DNA of 63,392 nt, the filler included, from Collodictyon triciliatum (Eukaryota), in the NCBI GenBank assembly GCA_043381765.1. It is 5 parts of 5 records of this genome, joined end to end, with 100 filler letters (N's around TTAATTAATTAA, not from the genome) between each part and the next. Parts side by side here need not be neighbours in the genome. Positions count along the whole stretch, not along the records: positions 30,916 to 44,698 come from JBHJMP010001683.1; positions 44,799 to 60,133 come from JBHJMP010001685.1; 3 more parts are not named here. One strand, 5' to 3'. A program made the position numbers and the translations under genes. This document shows, one piece after another, positions 36,302 through 51,236 of this stretch (position 1 is the stretch's first letter; the number at the start of each line of letters is the position of its first letter). The notes beneath the pieces were generated by a model that was not told the origin of the DNA, made no database searches, and saw nothing but the letters and a program-made list of their open reading frames with translations.

Positions 36302-37562
36302 NNNNNNNNNNNNNNNNNNNNNNNNNNNNNNNNNNNNNNNNNNNNNNNNNNNNNNNNNNNNNNNNNNNNNNNNNNNNNNNNNNNNNNNNNNNGAGTAAAA
36401 ATGTCTGTCGATTGGAATCACAAAAAGAAATTCTACAGGAATCCACAGAGGATTAAGCCTACAAAATGAAAGCGATGAAACAATAGTTGGAAACAAAACT
36501 GGAAAATAGAATAGGCGATGGCATTGCATCACAATGAATTACACCTACTTCAGATGTAACATTTGGTGTGGCATGTGAACAAGAAGGGAAAACCATTTTA
36601 CAAACCATACATAGGCAAGGAATCTGTAAGTCATGATTTAAGTGACTGATCAACTAGCTAAAAAACTAACAATTTAATACAAAAAATACACTATTCTAAA
36701 TGCTAAAGAGAAGTTTGAGCCGTGATTTGCAAACCTTTTTATCCGTTACCAGAATCAAGCGAACAAACAGTTCAACAAATTAATGTATTAAGATTTTTAA
36801 TCTAAAACAAGCTGGAACACATGTAGTTCCAACAGATATTATAATATCGGCCATGGCTTATGTTTTACATGAAATCTAAAAAGCGCAAATAGCAGGTGAG
36901 CAACGACGTGTTCATTTTGTAATGGATGATTCACTTGAGGCTAAATTAAGTGCCCTGAACGATTTAAATATCAGCCTTTTACTTGCACAGTCAGTTGTTT
37001 TGGTTGTGCAATTTAATGCAAGCATATCTCATAGGTCTCTGATGCAACCAAGGCCGTTTTATTTAATACAACCAAGCGTTCACAATTCTTTAAAAAAGCA
37101 AATTAAGCCGAAATGAGAAAAAAACCGTCTGCATTTTATCAGGTTCTCAAGTGTTAGAACTTTCATCAAAAGTTAATCCAAATGATACTACAGCATCTAA
37201 ACCTGGCCAAACTACAATTACTTTGATTGGACCACAAATTTAAACACTAACCCAGTTTTTAAACAATTAAAGCTTACAGATATGAAATCATTTGGGTGTG
37301 TCATTTACACAGGCTCCAACATAAATTATGGCTGATGAATCAAAATGCTATGGCAATTAAACATAACTGATGTATATGCGTTATCTTCTATAGCGAGCAA
37401 AATGTTTACACAAGCAATCTTTATTTTTCATCAATCACCCACTGTAACTTCGTGAATAGTCCCATAATTCCGTGATTGTGCGGTGCTGTGTTTCAAAAGA
37501 AAGAGAAAAAATAGAAAGAAAAAAAGGGAAATGGGACAGATCGAAAAGCATCCAAGATATCG

Positions 37563-40525
37563 TCAGTGAAGGCGGTAAACAGACGATATGTAGGATGGAA
37601 TGAATAGGTTGATGTATTGCAAAAAAGTATTGATGGAGATGAGCGTTTCCTGCGGTCTTAAACTGAAGTATGCTTGGACATTCTTTTCACAAGTAGTGAT
37701 ATATTTTAATTTAGATTTTATCAAAAAAGTGCACCAGAATAAAAATAAAATAAGCGGATAAATAAAATAAAATAAGCGTATAAATAATTACAAAAAAGAA
37801 AAATATTATGTATCCAAAACTGAGCGCGTTTATTCAAAAATAAAAGTATTCCTACCGCAGCAAACTCTTGTGACTGGTTTGGTGGGACATTCGAGCGAGC
37901 CATAGCATCTGACACAAGCATGACGAATTCATAAGGCGAGATAAAGTCGTCCTTGTTCGAATCGTAGACTCTGAAAATCAAAATACTACGAATAAGGCCA
38001 GTGGAACTCTGCAAATTATGGTCGGTGTTGTTGCGCAGTGCCACCATCATAACCATAAAATCGCGTTCGCTGATATACCCATCGTTGTCCCAGTCCATAG
38101 AAGCAAACACAACATTACAAGCCTTAACAACAATCTCAGAGGCATTCGATTCCAAAAGCACTTGATAGAACTGAGTGCAATTCATCATCGAAATAGATGC
38201 AGACTTCCCTGGAATCACAGACGAATGTGCTTTAAACAGATTTGACAAGGCAGTGGCCTCATGTTGCTGAATGCCTGAGTCATAATAAAAGGCGTTGACA
38301 TTGGCTTCATACAATTCGCATACCTTTACATGGTTTGAAGATGAGGGACGTGTAAGCTCACTCATTTGCTGTTGAATCGAGGGTTGAGTCGGTTGGTTAT
38401 ATGTTTCTGTTAATTGGTGTGCATCAGAAAACGATTGCTTATTTCTTTGACCAGATGAATCAACGGTTTGTGGGGAGCTTGGCTGTAAGTACCGATTAGC
38501 AGGATACTGACCATTACCAACGGGAGATGCAGAACTAGTTGGTGTTTGCAGTTTTTGTGCTGCAGTTGGTGGGATATACTCAATCACATACGGGAGAATC
38601 GATATGTTACCAGACTCTTGATTTCCAGTGACTAACAAAAATGCTGCATGATTTTTCTGCATTCCGCAGTAATTTGGGGCGCTGAAAACAGTAACCAACC
38701 TCCCACCAGCACGGTATTCGAATCCCTCGTGAACGCACTGATGCGATCGAATGATGATATCAACTTTGTTATTTTTACAAAAACGATGCACAACTTCCTC
38801 AGAGAAAAGAAAAGAGGAATCTCCACGAGATGGATTCACCTCATACTCAACAGGCTTCTTATCGTCCATCGGGTCGTCCCACAGTGCCTGCACAACAAGT
38901 GGTTCCATGGTGTCTTCGGATATGGGAAGTTTCATCTGATTGATTTGACTGATAGAGGTCAGGTTTGGTCCTATTCCTCCGTGAACGACAAACGCCTTGG
39001 ATTGATACTTGAAACTGCCATCTCCACAAGGTACAGGACCTTGAATAACAGCAGCTATGGGTAAATACTGGAATGTTTCGTTAATTAAGTTAAAAATATC
39101 CGAAGAGTCGGGTCCAAGACGGGCGTTGCATTCCTTGAACAGGCCATAAACTGTGCTTGTTGTTTCTAACTCGTGGTTACCTCGCACAAGTGTGATTTTA
39201 TCCTTATAAACCAATCGAAGACAAACAAGAAAGATAAAGACCTCTAAAGAGTTTGGGCCTCTGTCTACAAAATCACCATTGAAAATGTAGTTGATGTGAT
39301 TCAAATCGCCGTTATGGAGACGAGGCATCCCATAGAATCGGAAGAACGAAAGTAGATCAGAAAACTGACCATGTATGTCCCCAAAGACTTTGCATGGTGT
39401 GTTGACAGTTGCCAGAGCTGTTGGTTTAAGCCTGTACTCCGCAATAAGCGCCTCAAGTAGTCCTTTTATTTGGACAGAAGTCAGCCCAAATGGTCTTTGG
39501 TTGGTATATGACGAGGGTTTAGGATATTCAAACGTCTCGATGTGGTCTAAAACGTTGTTTGTGAGGTTCAGGGCAAAGGAGAAACAATCTGATGCAGATG
39601 ATGACTCGATGAAGCGATCGGAAAACAGTTCATCTGTTTTATATGCGTTGGAGATTTTTTCTCCATACAGGCACACTTTTCTATCTTTAAATGACTTGAG
39701 TTTGGAGTGTGCTGTTCTCGTGCCAGTCATGTCACCTTGGTTTTGCGCGCTGGGTAATATCTGTGGCATATGCACTGAAAATTCAGATATCTCCATTTCT
39801 TTCGCCCTTTCTGGGTGAGAAAATAAATACAGCTTCATCAGTTTGTGTCTTTTGTTTTTGAAATGATTTCGATTTATGCAATTTATTATATCATATCTAG
39901 AGAAAAAAAAGAAAAGGGAGAGCTTTCCATCAATTGCAGAATGTAATTTAAAACTAAAATTCTAATGAATGTTATTCATAAAAGAGAACAATTTGGTCAC
40001 TGCAAAAAAGAAAGAAAGAAAAAGTAGTATTACGTGATGTCTTAGTTACTGGAAGCGGTCCCAGCTCTGCGATTGGCTCGCATGCAACATCCGAAAATGC
40101 TTTGCGGATTGTATCAGTTCCTTTACTATCTAATATTTTTGGGTGTGGTACTGGTAAAGGTATTATAACTTCATCGGGTCCGCAGGCGCTATCAATGCGA
40201 CTCACACTCGTTTGGATTGTTTGCACTTCAGTGGCGCACATTTTTTTCGGTGGGATTACTTCCAGTGACATTTGAACGGATTTATCAGAAAGACTTGGGG
40301 GCTGGGTCTCTGTACTTTTTGATTCGAAAGATACAGGTTGTGTAATAACTTCCACTGTTTGAATGGACACATCAGACCGCTTCACATGCTTTGTCTGCGT
40401 TTCTTTTGATTCTTGCTCTCTATTTTTCTGAAACGGTGGATAGGATGCGCCGACGTTGTCATTTCTTTGTAGATAGAGTAACCCCAGGTTGGCACGCACA
40501 CAAGGGGGTCGCAGAGTTGTATCAG
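37563..40525 (-). CDS. PPP-family Ser/Thr protein phosphatase with C-terminal EF-hands; 5' end in gap
   Basis: GDIHGQ, GDFVDRG, RGNHE, HGG, RSHQ, FSAPNYC; EF loops DWDNDGYISERDF and DSNKDDFISPYEF; the last exon after a GTAGG donor ends ...SSVYRLH* at 37563; upstream S/T/Q-rich exon at ~40035-40525. Confidence 0.9.
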
Positions 40526-41493
40526 ATAGGCAAAATATATACAGTAAAAGAAAAAAGGGAATCAGATGGTATATTTGAAATGCTCTATACTCGAGCAAAA
40601 CCGAAAAAAAAANNNNNNNNNNNNNNNNNNNNNNNNNNNNNNNNNNNNNNNNNNNNNNNNNNNNNNNNNNNNNNNNNNNNNNNNNNNNNNNNNNNNNNNN
40701 NNNNNNNNNNNNNNNNNNNNNNNNNNNNNNNNNNNNNNNNNNNNNNNNNNNNNNNNNNNNNNNNNNNNNNNNNNNNNNNNNNNNNNNNNNNNNNNNNNNN
40801 NNNNNNNNNNNNNNNNNNNNNNNNNNNNNNNNNNNNNNNNNNNNNNNNNNNNNNNNNNNNNNNNNNNNNNNNNNNNNNNNNNNNNNNNNNNNNNNNNNNN
40901 NNNNNNNNNNNNNNNNNNNNNNNNNNNNNNNNNNNNNNNNNNNNNNNNNNNNNNNNNNNNNNNNNNNNNNNNNNNNNNNNNNNNNNNNNNNNNNNNNNNN
41001 NNNNNNNNNNNNNNNNNNNNNNNNNNNNNNNNNNNNNNNNNNNNNNNNNNNNNNNNNNNNNNNNNNNNNNNNNNNNNNNNNNNNNNNNNNNNNNNNNNNN
41101 NNNNNNNNNNNNNNNNNNNNNNNNNNNNNNNNNNNNNNNNNNNNNNNNNNNNNNNNNNNNNNNNNNNNNNNNNNNNNNNNNNNNNNNNNNNNNNNNNNNN
41201 NNNNNNNNNNNNNNNNNNNNNNNNNNNNNNNNNNNNNNNNNNNNNNNNNNNNNNTGCGATTTTATTCGTGAACTAACCATAACCAAAAATGAATTGAATA
41301 GAGCAACATCTAAACGCGGCTAAAGTTACTCTTGAAAGTGAGAGCATATTACAGTACAATAACAACAATTTTTATAATAATAATAATAGGAATAGGAATA
41401 GGAATAGAACTTAATGTGCCATTCTTTTAAACAAATATATACCTTTTATTGATTTCATTAACAAATTTGTAACTAGAGAATTGATTTTTATAG

Positions 41494-42123
41494 TTATGAA
41501 CGCTCGGGGTTTGCCACAGAAACTTCTTGGTGGTACTCTTTTCATTATCTACCCGGAAGTTGTAGTTTTTTTTAAAAAAAAAAAATAAATCCCTAATATA
41601 TTATATCCATCAAAAACTTCTATAATTTTTAATCTTATCCAGGCAACTGCGACCCTTATTGTTACATCAGGCTTCGAAATACTCCATCTTTTTCCTATAA
41701 AACCAAATCTGTACCTGGAGACTCGAATCCACATTGGAATGAAACTGTTTTTATGTAATAAATTTGTATTATTGATGGTTCTTATTCCGTCTTAGCAATA
41801 TATCTACTGTAACTTTCCTTCACAGTATACACCCAGTGTTTATTTCAATTTCTCGGGGCATTTCCATAATAATAAATTTGCTACTATAATATAATTACTA
41901 TTACAATTATGATCAATTATCATATCTTACCCCAGGTTAGTTCTAGATCCAGAAGAAATAATCGAATTAGATATTTATAACAAGGTTATCGCCTTAATTA
42001 ATGTTGATTCAAATTAGATATATGTAACAAAAAGGAAACTACTTATTTTTTTTTATTATCACCAGAATATGATCATGGACACTTTCTTAGGAAGCGTTGT
42101 TTTGGACCCTTTCGATGCCGAGT
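41494..42123 (+). CDS. C2-domain protein fragment (4 exons between gaps)
   Basis: GT-AG exons: MNARGLPQKLLG / NCDPYCYIRL..YKTKSVPGDSNPHWNETVF / EIIELDIYNK / MDTFLGSVVL, i.e. the C2 consensus (ArgL, DPY, KT, NP.WNE, D.FLG). Confidence 0.75.
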
Positions 42124-43289
42124 GTGGGGAGGTTAGAAAAAACAAGACCACACGAGAATAAATCTCTAGAGCCCGGGACTTTCTTTTTCTTCTTTCCTTT
42201 TTTTTTTTTTTNNNNNNNNNNNNNNNNNNNNNNNNNNNNNNNNNNNNNNNNNNNNNNNNNNNNNNNNNNNNNNNNNNNNNNNNNNNNNNNNNNNNNNNNN
42301 NNNNNNNNNNNNNNNNNNNNNNNNNNNNNNNNNNNNNNNNNNNNNNNNNNNNNNNTTTTCTACTTTTTTTCTACTTTTTTTCTACTTTTTCTATCTCTAA
42401 TTTAGGTTGTTTTTTTTTGTCTGCAGTTTTAAAATTTTGTTTGTTATAAATCAATCATCGACTCGCTCGGCATAGCAACCCAATTAATAATTTACTTATG
42501 TACCCCTTATTGGTATAGGTCAGAGATATGTGGTGTGAAATACAAGGCTCCCGAGCTAGAAGTCTGTCCAGAGGCGAATCGCATCGAAGTCCCCAGCTTG
42601 GAGATGTGCGCATCAAAATTACCACAGTTACACTGTTTGACTTGGAACAGAAGTACAAATCTCTGAGAGCACAAGAGCAGAGCGAGTAATTTTATTCGGC
42701 CTCCTAAACGCAAGCCCAGAAAGGGAAGTCTCTACGCTTGTTGTTCGGATAATCATCGTATGCTTCCTCAAATTATCCTTGGATAATTCCCCCTAACTGG
42801 TGAGATAAGCAAGAAAGACTTCATTTAAGAATTTGTCCTTGTGACACTCCCAAGCTCTTCTTTTCAAAATTCAAATAAATGGATATTCACAATTTTAATA
42901 TAGTGGGATAATTTATTTATTATTTATTTACATATCTATTTGTTGGTGGTTTTTCATGGTTTGATTCTAGCCACTTATCTTTTCTTCTTTTTTTTTTTTT
43001 TCGTCCTTTAATTTTTATGCAATTCTCGTTACTTCTTTTGAACTCGATATACAGACCGGACTTGGGTCTTGAAAAAAAAAATAATCATATTTTCGATGGT
43101 GGGAGAGAAGCGTTAATACAAACAATCAAGTTCTTTAGAATAACATGAACAAAATCTCATTTCGACCCAATGAATATACTGTGAACTCATGTTCATATGT
43201 TCGGCTCTCATTAAATGCTTTATATATAAATACAAATAAAACAAATGATGCCTCTGTGTCTTTGGACTCGCCCTTGTATCATTTTTACA

Positions 43290-43700
43290 TCAGGTGAGCT
43301 TGTACGCACCCTGTTCATACAACAACCATACAATCTCCTACTGTTGCTCTCTCATGCTAAAAAAAAATATGTTTATTCGCGCTTGCTCTGTGGTATCACT
43401 TGGATTGACATATCAGTCGCTTCTTTGAGTTCGCATTTCATTTTCAGCACGACAATCAACTCCAAACCATCTCGTATCCTTTTGGCTATATGGTTCGCTT
43501 CTCTGTGGAATTAAAGCGGACTGCCCAAAATCCTTTGATACATTTTAATGTCTGATATTGTTTTTGCTTGGAATGGTAAATGCTCAAGAGACAGCTGGAT
43601 TTGATTCATATTACAAGCGCATACACCCGTGATGTTTGAATGAGCCCACAGGGTCAATGATGTCTCCTTGGGTACTACTTGTATAATACCTTAAACAGGT
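43290..43700 (-). pseudogene. Possible ankyrin-repeat gene relic
   Basis: Minus-strand fragments TYFFLA*ESNS and, in a shifted frame, EIVWLLYEQGA resemble an ankyrin repeat (T.L.lA...g..eiv.lLl..GA); stops and frameshifts present. Confidence 0.25.
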
Positions 43701-44798
43701 TAACAATCAATGGACGACTAGACTTTCACGAGCAACAGTTACATCGTCATAGAGTCAATGCGAGTGTATGCCACCAAGTCTAGACGCAGACCGAGCGTCT
43801 TAAATCGCTTTTATTTTCTTTTTCACTTGGGCAGGTTTAAGAAACAATATTATCTCGCGCTAAACAAGAAGGTGATGAAGTTGTGACGGTATGAGGAAAC
43901 CAGAAACGCGAGAATATTTGATAGAGGGTAGGTATGGTGCACGTGGTAGAGAGCAATCGAAGATGGAGACAGCGAGACATGAATTTCATTCAACAACTGA
44001 AATATGAACCAGTGGATATCTCATGAATACCAAAGCAGCTTTTGTGTTAATACCTTTCGTAAGATAAAGAAAATCAAGAGGACGAGAATAAAGAGGAAGA
44101 AAAAAAAGAGCGGAAACTAATGTGAACATCAAACCCACCCTGCATCGAGCCGTACTTGAAAACCTCGAGTGGTTTTGGTCACTCATTGAGACTCTATTTA
44201 CAGATACATTGACTCATGCCACAAGATATCATTAGCCTGGAGAGATAATGTAATTCTTCCCCTAATTGATACTATCTATATTATTTACATGTATCTAAAT
44301 ATTATTCCTATCATTTGGTTCTTAATGAGAGCCAAATAATCTTTATAATGCTATTTTACTATATATTCCAGAAATATACTGCTATTATAGCGCGCGGTAG
44401 CAGATTTGGATCAGGCCAATTTATTTCCAGAGCATTTTCTCAACGCTAAATGCTTAGTGTCGGCCGCCACAAGACCAATGCGGAGAAGCCCAAGGATTCG
44501 TATCAACAGCAGCAGAAGCCGGACGTTGCCTTGCCCAACTGTTAGAGGACACTCAGGAAATAGACCACTATTTAGGACTTTCGCTATGATCACCTGGCAC
44601 ATATGTGCAAGTAAATAGAGAAGGGGCTTTTTTTTTTTTTTTTTTAAAAAAAGAAAAAAAAAAAACAGCCAAAAAATTTTTTTTTTTTCCCTTTTGCCNN
44701 NNNNNNNNNNNNNNNNNNNNNNNNNNNNNNNNNNNNNNNNNNTTAATTAATTAANNNNNNNNNNNNNNNNNNNNNNNNNNNNNNNNNNNNNNNNNNNN

Positions 44799-44891
<93 letters not shown>

Positions 44892-44936
44892 GTAAAATAA
44901 AAAACAAAGAAATAAAAAATCTAAACGAACATAAAC

Positions 44937-45823
44937 CTTTCTTATAGAGGGTTAAAATGATTTCAGCGCATCCCAATCGGACCTATGCAATCATTAACTT
45001 CATTACTACATCTTGAATAATAAAGATGGTATATCGTTTGGTTTGTCCTGTGTGCAAAGGTTGTAAAAAGGAATGGTTCGGGCACTTAAAATAGGAACAA
45101 AGTCATGAAGGAAGCGATGATTGAATGAATAAAAATTAGACACAGGGAAAGAAAAACACGAAAAAAAAATCATCAATGAATTGTTGTATAATCAATCATA
45201 ACTCCATTACCTGACTAAATTTACGATCGACATGATTTTCCTCAACGACATTGAATACGTGGTTCATGGACGCACGTATTAGATTTCTGTATTCTTCGAC
45301 ATCAAAAGTCTCACCAGATGCCAAAAATTCAAAGCTTGATCGTTCAAGCAGAGTAACGATGGCTTTCATTATGACCACTTTGCCATTCCATGTTTCCTTT
45401 TTGATAGCGCCAGAAAAGAAGTCTAAAACATTCGATAGTTGACTCAGGTAGATACGTCTGTTCGTGAAAACAATAATAAAAGGAAGAAAATAGAGTAAAA
45501 AGAAAAGTTTATTGAAAACTCCTTTACACATTAATGTATCTTAGACAGTAATGTGACTGATTCTATACCAATTCTATAAATATACTTCAAGATAAAAAGA
45601 AAAGGCTGGGGTTAGAAAGCATACATGGATTCTGCATCCGAGTCTGGTCCCTTGCTACTCCAAGATAAGGCTATGCATTGGAAGCAGCTGAACCTGACTT
45701 GTTCTCGGTTTATGAAAGAAAATTCTTCGGATTTAGATGCCTATTCCAAAAATATATGTTTAGTAAATATGGCACAACAATAAACTAATAAATTAACCTT
45801 ACACGTATAAATCATACTTTCTT

Positions 45824-45860
<37 letters not shown>

Positions 45861-45867
45861 ACAACAA

Positions 45868-45932
<65 letters not shown>

Positions 45933-46599
45933 AAAATAAAATAAAATAAAAATCACAGTAGGTAAAAATGCTGTATTCGGTGGTACAAACATCAATGTTT
46001 TAAAAAATATATATAATTGTATAAAAAATAACGTCATTTCATTACAGTTATGTAAATGCAACATCTACCTCCGAGTCTGTGCTTGGGGACGCAACCTCTT
46101 TGAGCAATTCGAAGACTGCAGAATGAGAGGCAATGCCATCATTTGTTTTCATTATTCGAGATAGGCAGTCGATAGACTAGCAAAAAGGTGGAACACTTGA
46201 TGAGCACACAAAGCTGAAGAATTACCTGGATTTAATTCAGTATTTTGAAACCAGAGCGATTCGCAAATTTACCTCTTTTCTATAAACTGGATTCGCACGT
46301 TTGCATTCTTGTAATACAGCCATGGTGATTGTATTTATATCAGGGCACTAGTCGGTATCATAGTAAGTATTTTTTTTATTTCGTTCTTCCATTCAATCTG
46401 TAATCATAGAAATGTATTAAATATTCGTATCCTAAAATGAGGTACAGCCTAGAGACAAATACTTATGTTATGGATGTCTACACAAACCTCTCCAACAGTA
46501 GCCATATCAATAATTTCGGAACGTGAGTTTTCACACAAATGACCCAAAGCTTCAATAAGTGCCTGCTTTCCATCCCAAATTCGACCTGATTTTTTTTAA

Positions 46600-46696
<97 letters not shown>

Positions 46697-49600
46697 TGTG
46701 CGTTAACAGAAGCAAACTATTCAAACACAAACACAAAAACAAAGGCGAAAAAAAATTTTACTATTCTGATATATGAGGCAATACAATCGATGCATTTTTA
46801 AACCTGGAAGCGAAGCCAATAATTGAGAAAGTAAGATGAGAAATTTTTTCCGGGATGAAGTTGGAAGGTCTGCTTGCGCAATCTGTTTTAGTGCCCTCGC
46901 AGATTGCTTCTTCAATATCCAGGATGATGTTCCCATATTTTCATTCAAAAGGGAGACTATTTCGGATGTGTATAGCTATATAATCGATAGACATATGATA
47001 TATCCAGAAGGGCATGTTAATATTTGCCGAAAGATATAACTGCTACTGCTACCACACATAATAACCACACATAATAACCACACATAATAACCACACATAA
47101 TAACCACACATAATAACCACACATAATAACCACACATAATAACCACACATAATAACAATAACAATAACAATAACAATAACAATAACAATAACAAAAACAA
47201 TAACAAAAACAATAACAAAAACAATAACAATAACAAAAACAAAAACAATAAAAATAACAATAGAAAACATTTTTTTTTACTTCTGTCATTCTTGCTTATT
47301 GTGTGGTACAAATAATTCTCAATATAAGCTTAAAACGCCAGTCAACAAAGTGACAATTTAAGTACCGAGAGCCCGCCACCAGAACTAGGGGCAACCTCTT
47401 GCCACACATCATGAAAAAGGCCTTGTATTTCCTCCTCCTCATCAAATTTGCAAACAAATACAAACGGCATAATTTCTGGGCCATAAGCCTTATACAGAAA
47501 GGTACACGTTATACAATGAAATTTACTTGTTAAGTGCACCACGCCTTCTTTGCAAGAAAATGCAGGTAAATTGGAATAAATTTATCCATCATGAACAAAA
47601 AACCTTGAGAGAATCGAGGGCGTTCTGCGACAGATTCTTTAATGCGTACGCTATTATCAACCTTGTTTCTCGGTCCTCAATCTAATATCATGGAGTTATG
47701 ATTCTATCTGAAAATACGAATCGAGATGAGCTATACATAAACCATAGTTATGTAAAAACTTGCTGATTTGGTGTAAACAGAGCGCAGGTGAACGAAGTAA
47801 TCCACAACAGGTTTTTGTTTCCCGTAGCGACAGACCATGCTGGCGGCATTTACCCAAAGCTTCCTCACAGCGACGCTTTTTTCGTTACTTATCGCCAGTC
47901 CAAGCCCCTGCAGTGTTTAGATGTTGTATTTATTATTCCATTGATACAGATTCCTTTTGAGATCAACGGTTCTTAAATACAAGAACAATCAATTCAAACC
48001 TAATAATATGCATATACTAAATCTTTGGTAGTAAATACAGATGTACTACCACAAGTATAATGTCAGATACATTTCAATACTTTTAAAAATAAAATAAAAA
48101 GAAAACCCTTAACAGAACGCCCGATTGTGATTTAATTCCTTCGGTTTGTGTAGAACAAAGTCTAGCAACCAGGGTGGCACAGCCCGAACGTGTAGGGAGC
48201 CCAACACCTGTTTTCATAATGCCGACGAGCTTTGGGGCGAGTTCAGCTATATTCCACGATAGAGGAAGTAAGAAATCATTCATTCATACATACATACATA
48301 CATACATACATACATACATACATACATACATACATACATACATACATACATACATACATACATACATACATACATACATACATACATACATACAAAAACA
48401 AACAAACAAAAACAAACAAAAACAAACAAAAACAAACAAAAAAACAAACCGAATAAAAACAAACCAAACAAAAACCAAACAAAAACCAAACAAAAATAAA
48501 AATAAAGCAAAAATGAAAAAGCATTGCATATGAAATTTACCTATTATGCTGGCATCTGCAAAATTGAGACACCGGTCGATTGTCTCACTTAAGGGTGTTG
48601 CCCTGGAAACGGCTTTTTTTAAAGCATGGTGCATGATATTTAGTATAGAACAGGAGAAAGATAAAGAAAAGAACGCGATTCAAACATAGCAAATTAATCG
48701 GGGTCTGACACGTACATATACGAGCAGTTTCCAATTGTTCTTGAGTCATATCTATCTTGGCCGTATGAAATTGCATGTAATTGAATTCTTGGGGTTCGTT
48801 AGATGACAAAGCCTCCAGCAAAGCTGTGATTAAGTTAGCAAGGTGGGGCTTCACTAAGTGCGATGCAGCCTCTGTTATCTTCATCAGTTGTCCAAGAGAA
48901 AAGAGACGGACTTCATCAACCTAAAAGGCATAATTCTCATAAGAATTTTTCTGTAGATATTTTGACAGGGAAAGAAATATTGGTGCACTTTCAAGAGCAG
49001 CATATTTGTTGCGTACCGAGCTGGTTATTCCTTGATGTACGATAAAAGGCAAGATAATATCAATAGCCCTCTTTGCATCAGCCTCCGGCGTTAAGGCTGG
49101 ATCACATATGCGAACCGAAAAACTTGCAATAGCCCTGGCTGCTGTGTGGCCTGCTTTCCTCTACATGGAACGTGTGTTCAAGGATGTATTTCATGATGCA
49201 AGAGACAATCCTTTTTAGGGTAATTAGATAGTTCGTTTATAAACACGATATCTACATACAACTGTCTCTTTTATATCATCCATCGCTCGATAGCTCATCC
49301 TCCAAATTTGCTCTAGATAATGTTGTACTACTTCATATCTTCTTCCGACCAGTATATCAGCTAAAAACAATATGCAAAGTATGAATGATGCTCACATATA
49401 CAGTGAATTTCTTGAACAAAAATCTTTAAATATGAGCCAGTTTACGAAAAGCCTAGAGCAATACGATGGTTTCATGCACCATGGGGAATCATCTGTTGGA
49501 GGGAAAAACATAATAACATACCTAGTCCCAAACATGATGCTTCTCTTGTTCTCCAAGAACGATCACTCATTCCTCGTATAAGCTCATCCATAATTGGGCC

Positions 49601-50136
49601 AAAATAATCTGAAACAGCAGATTTTGGATCGTTTACGACAGAAATCCAAATCCCTTTCATCGACTCTCGCACACTATGGCATTTTGACTGATGAGCAGAC
49701 TTCATATGAAGAAAAAGGTTTAAAATATGTTTGTTGGGTGTCATAAAGGTATAGTGCTTCAACTATTAATAAATTAGACGATTACCTAGGATTTGGGTCG
49801 TACTGGTACCTGATTATTATTATTATTATTAAATAATTGTTGGGTACAGAAAAATACGGATTATACAATCGATTTGGGTATTCTAAGGCATATGCACCTG
49901 TAGAGTTTTGGTACAAGCGAAGGTAAATGCTTGTCCAACATAGAGCCGGCAATACTAGCCACTGAAGATATACCAAAGGCAGCCCCTTTTCTGGTATTCC
50001 AAATTTGATTATGGTTGGCTAGATCCAAGAACTAGGAATATGATGAATTGGTATTTATATTACAGAAAAATTGTCAAAAAATGATTCGTATTTATCCTAA
50101 AAAAGATAATAAATTTATTGTAGCATTTTTAAAACT

Positions 50137-50167
<31 letters not shown>

Positions 50168-51140
50168 TATTACTATTATTGTTATTAGACTCTATTTAAC
50201 CTTGTAAATGAGTTCTGGCTTTCCAATATCATTCACCATACTACATAGTTCTTTGTAGGTTGTGATGGATTCCCCCTCTGGAGTTTTTCCCAAGGCACCC
50301 TCCTGAAATATCTAAATGATAGACTCGAAGGATGAGTTTAAACATATATAATTCTTTTTAATCTCTCGAGACCATGATTGAAATAACTGCTTGGCTGACA
50401 AATAATGTCATGAACAGGAAAATCATGAATATGCATATACTTGAGTATCCTCTTCGACTTGTCTAGTTTTCTTTTGATCTCCCGATATAGCTGAAACGAG
50501 GGAGTTGAGCAAATCGGACTGTGTGTATAATTCAATAGAAATGCCACTGGTGAGAGACGAATGTAAATCCACATGGAGTTTCATTTGAGTCCGACAGTCA
50601 TGTGTAGGGAGAAAACATATTAAACTAATACGAGGAAGTACCTTTAACCTCTCATCCGAGGTTAGAGAATAACATATGGATAACCCTTTCGCTGCTACTT
50701 CCTGTATGAATTCTATTTCATATAAGTTTATGAGTTTTCATTGAAGGTTTTTTATTTCTAAAATTTTGGACTGGCCCGTGCTGATTGGAACTCATTAGTA
50801 TATAAATAATATTTTCAATACAGCAATTTAGTCTATACCCGTCCCAAGCATGAGTACACTAGTAAATGCTTTCTGAATATCCATCAGCCTTAATGAAACT
50901 ATGGGTTGATTTTGAGCGAACTGGACGACACACAACAACCATATTGTCCCTGAATTGCGTATTTGAGGCTTGGGGTCAACCATGAACTTTTCCAGAATCT
51001 TAGTGGGGATGAATATTAAGTTTTCATACGATAGCCTCTGCAGATTATGAACAACACTCCATCGTGATTAGCGTTTATTAATCAAAATCGGGTTCATTCA
51101 TCCATGCACCATAAATCTTGTATAATTACAAATAATTACA

Positions 51141-51236
<96 letters not shown>

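Noticed and set aside
34000-37450. Short ORFs downstream of Fanzor copy A as an associated transposase
   Set aside because: No DDE, HUH/Rep, helicase or serine-recombinase motifs recognised, and the region is not shared with copy B's flank.
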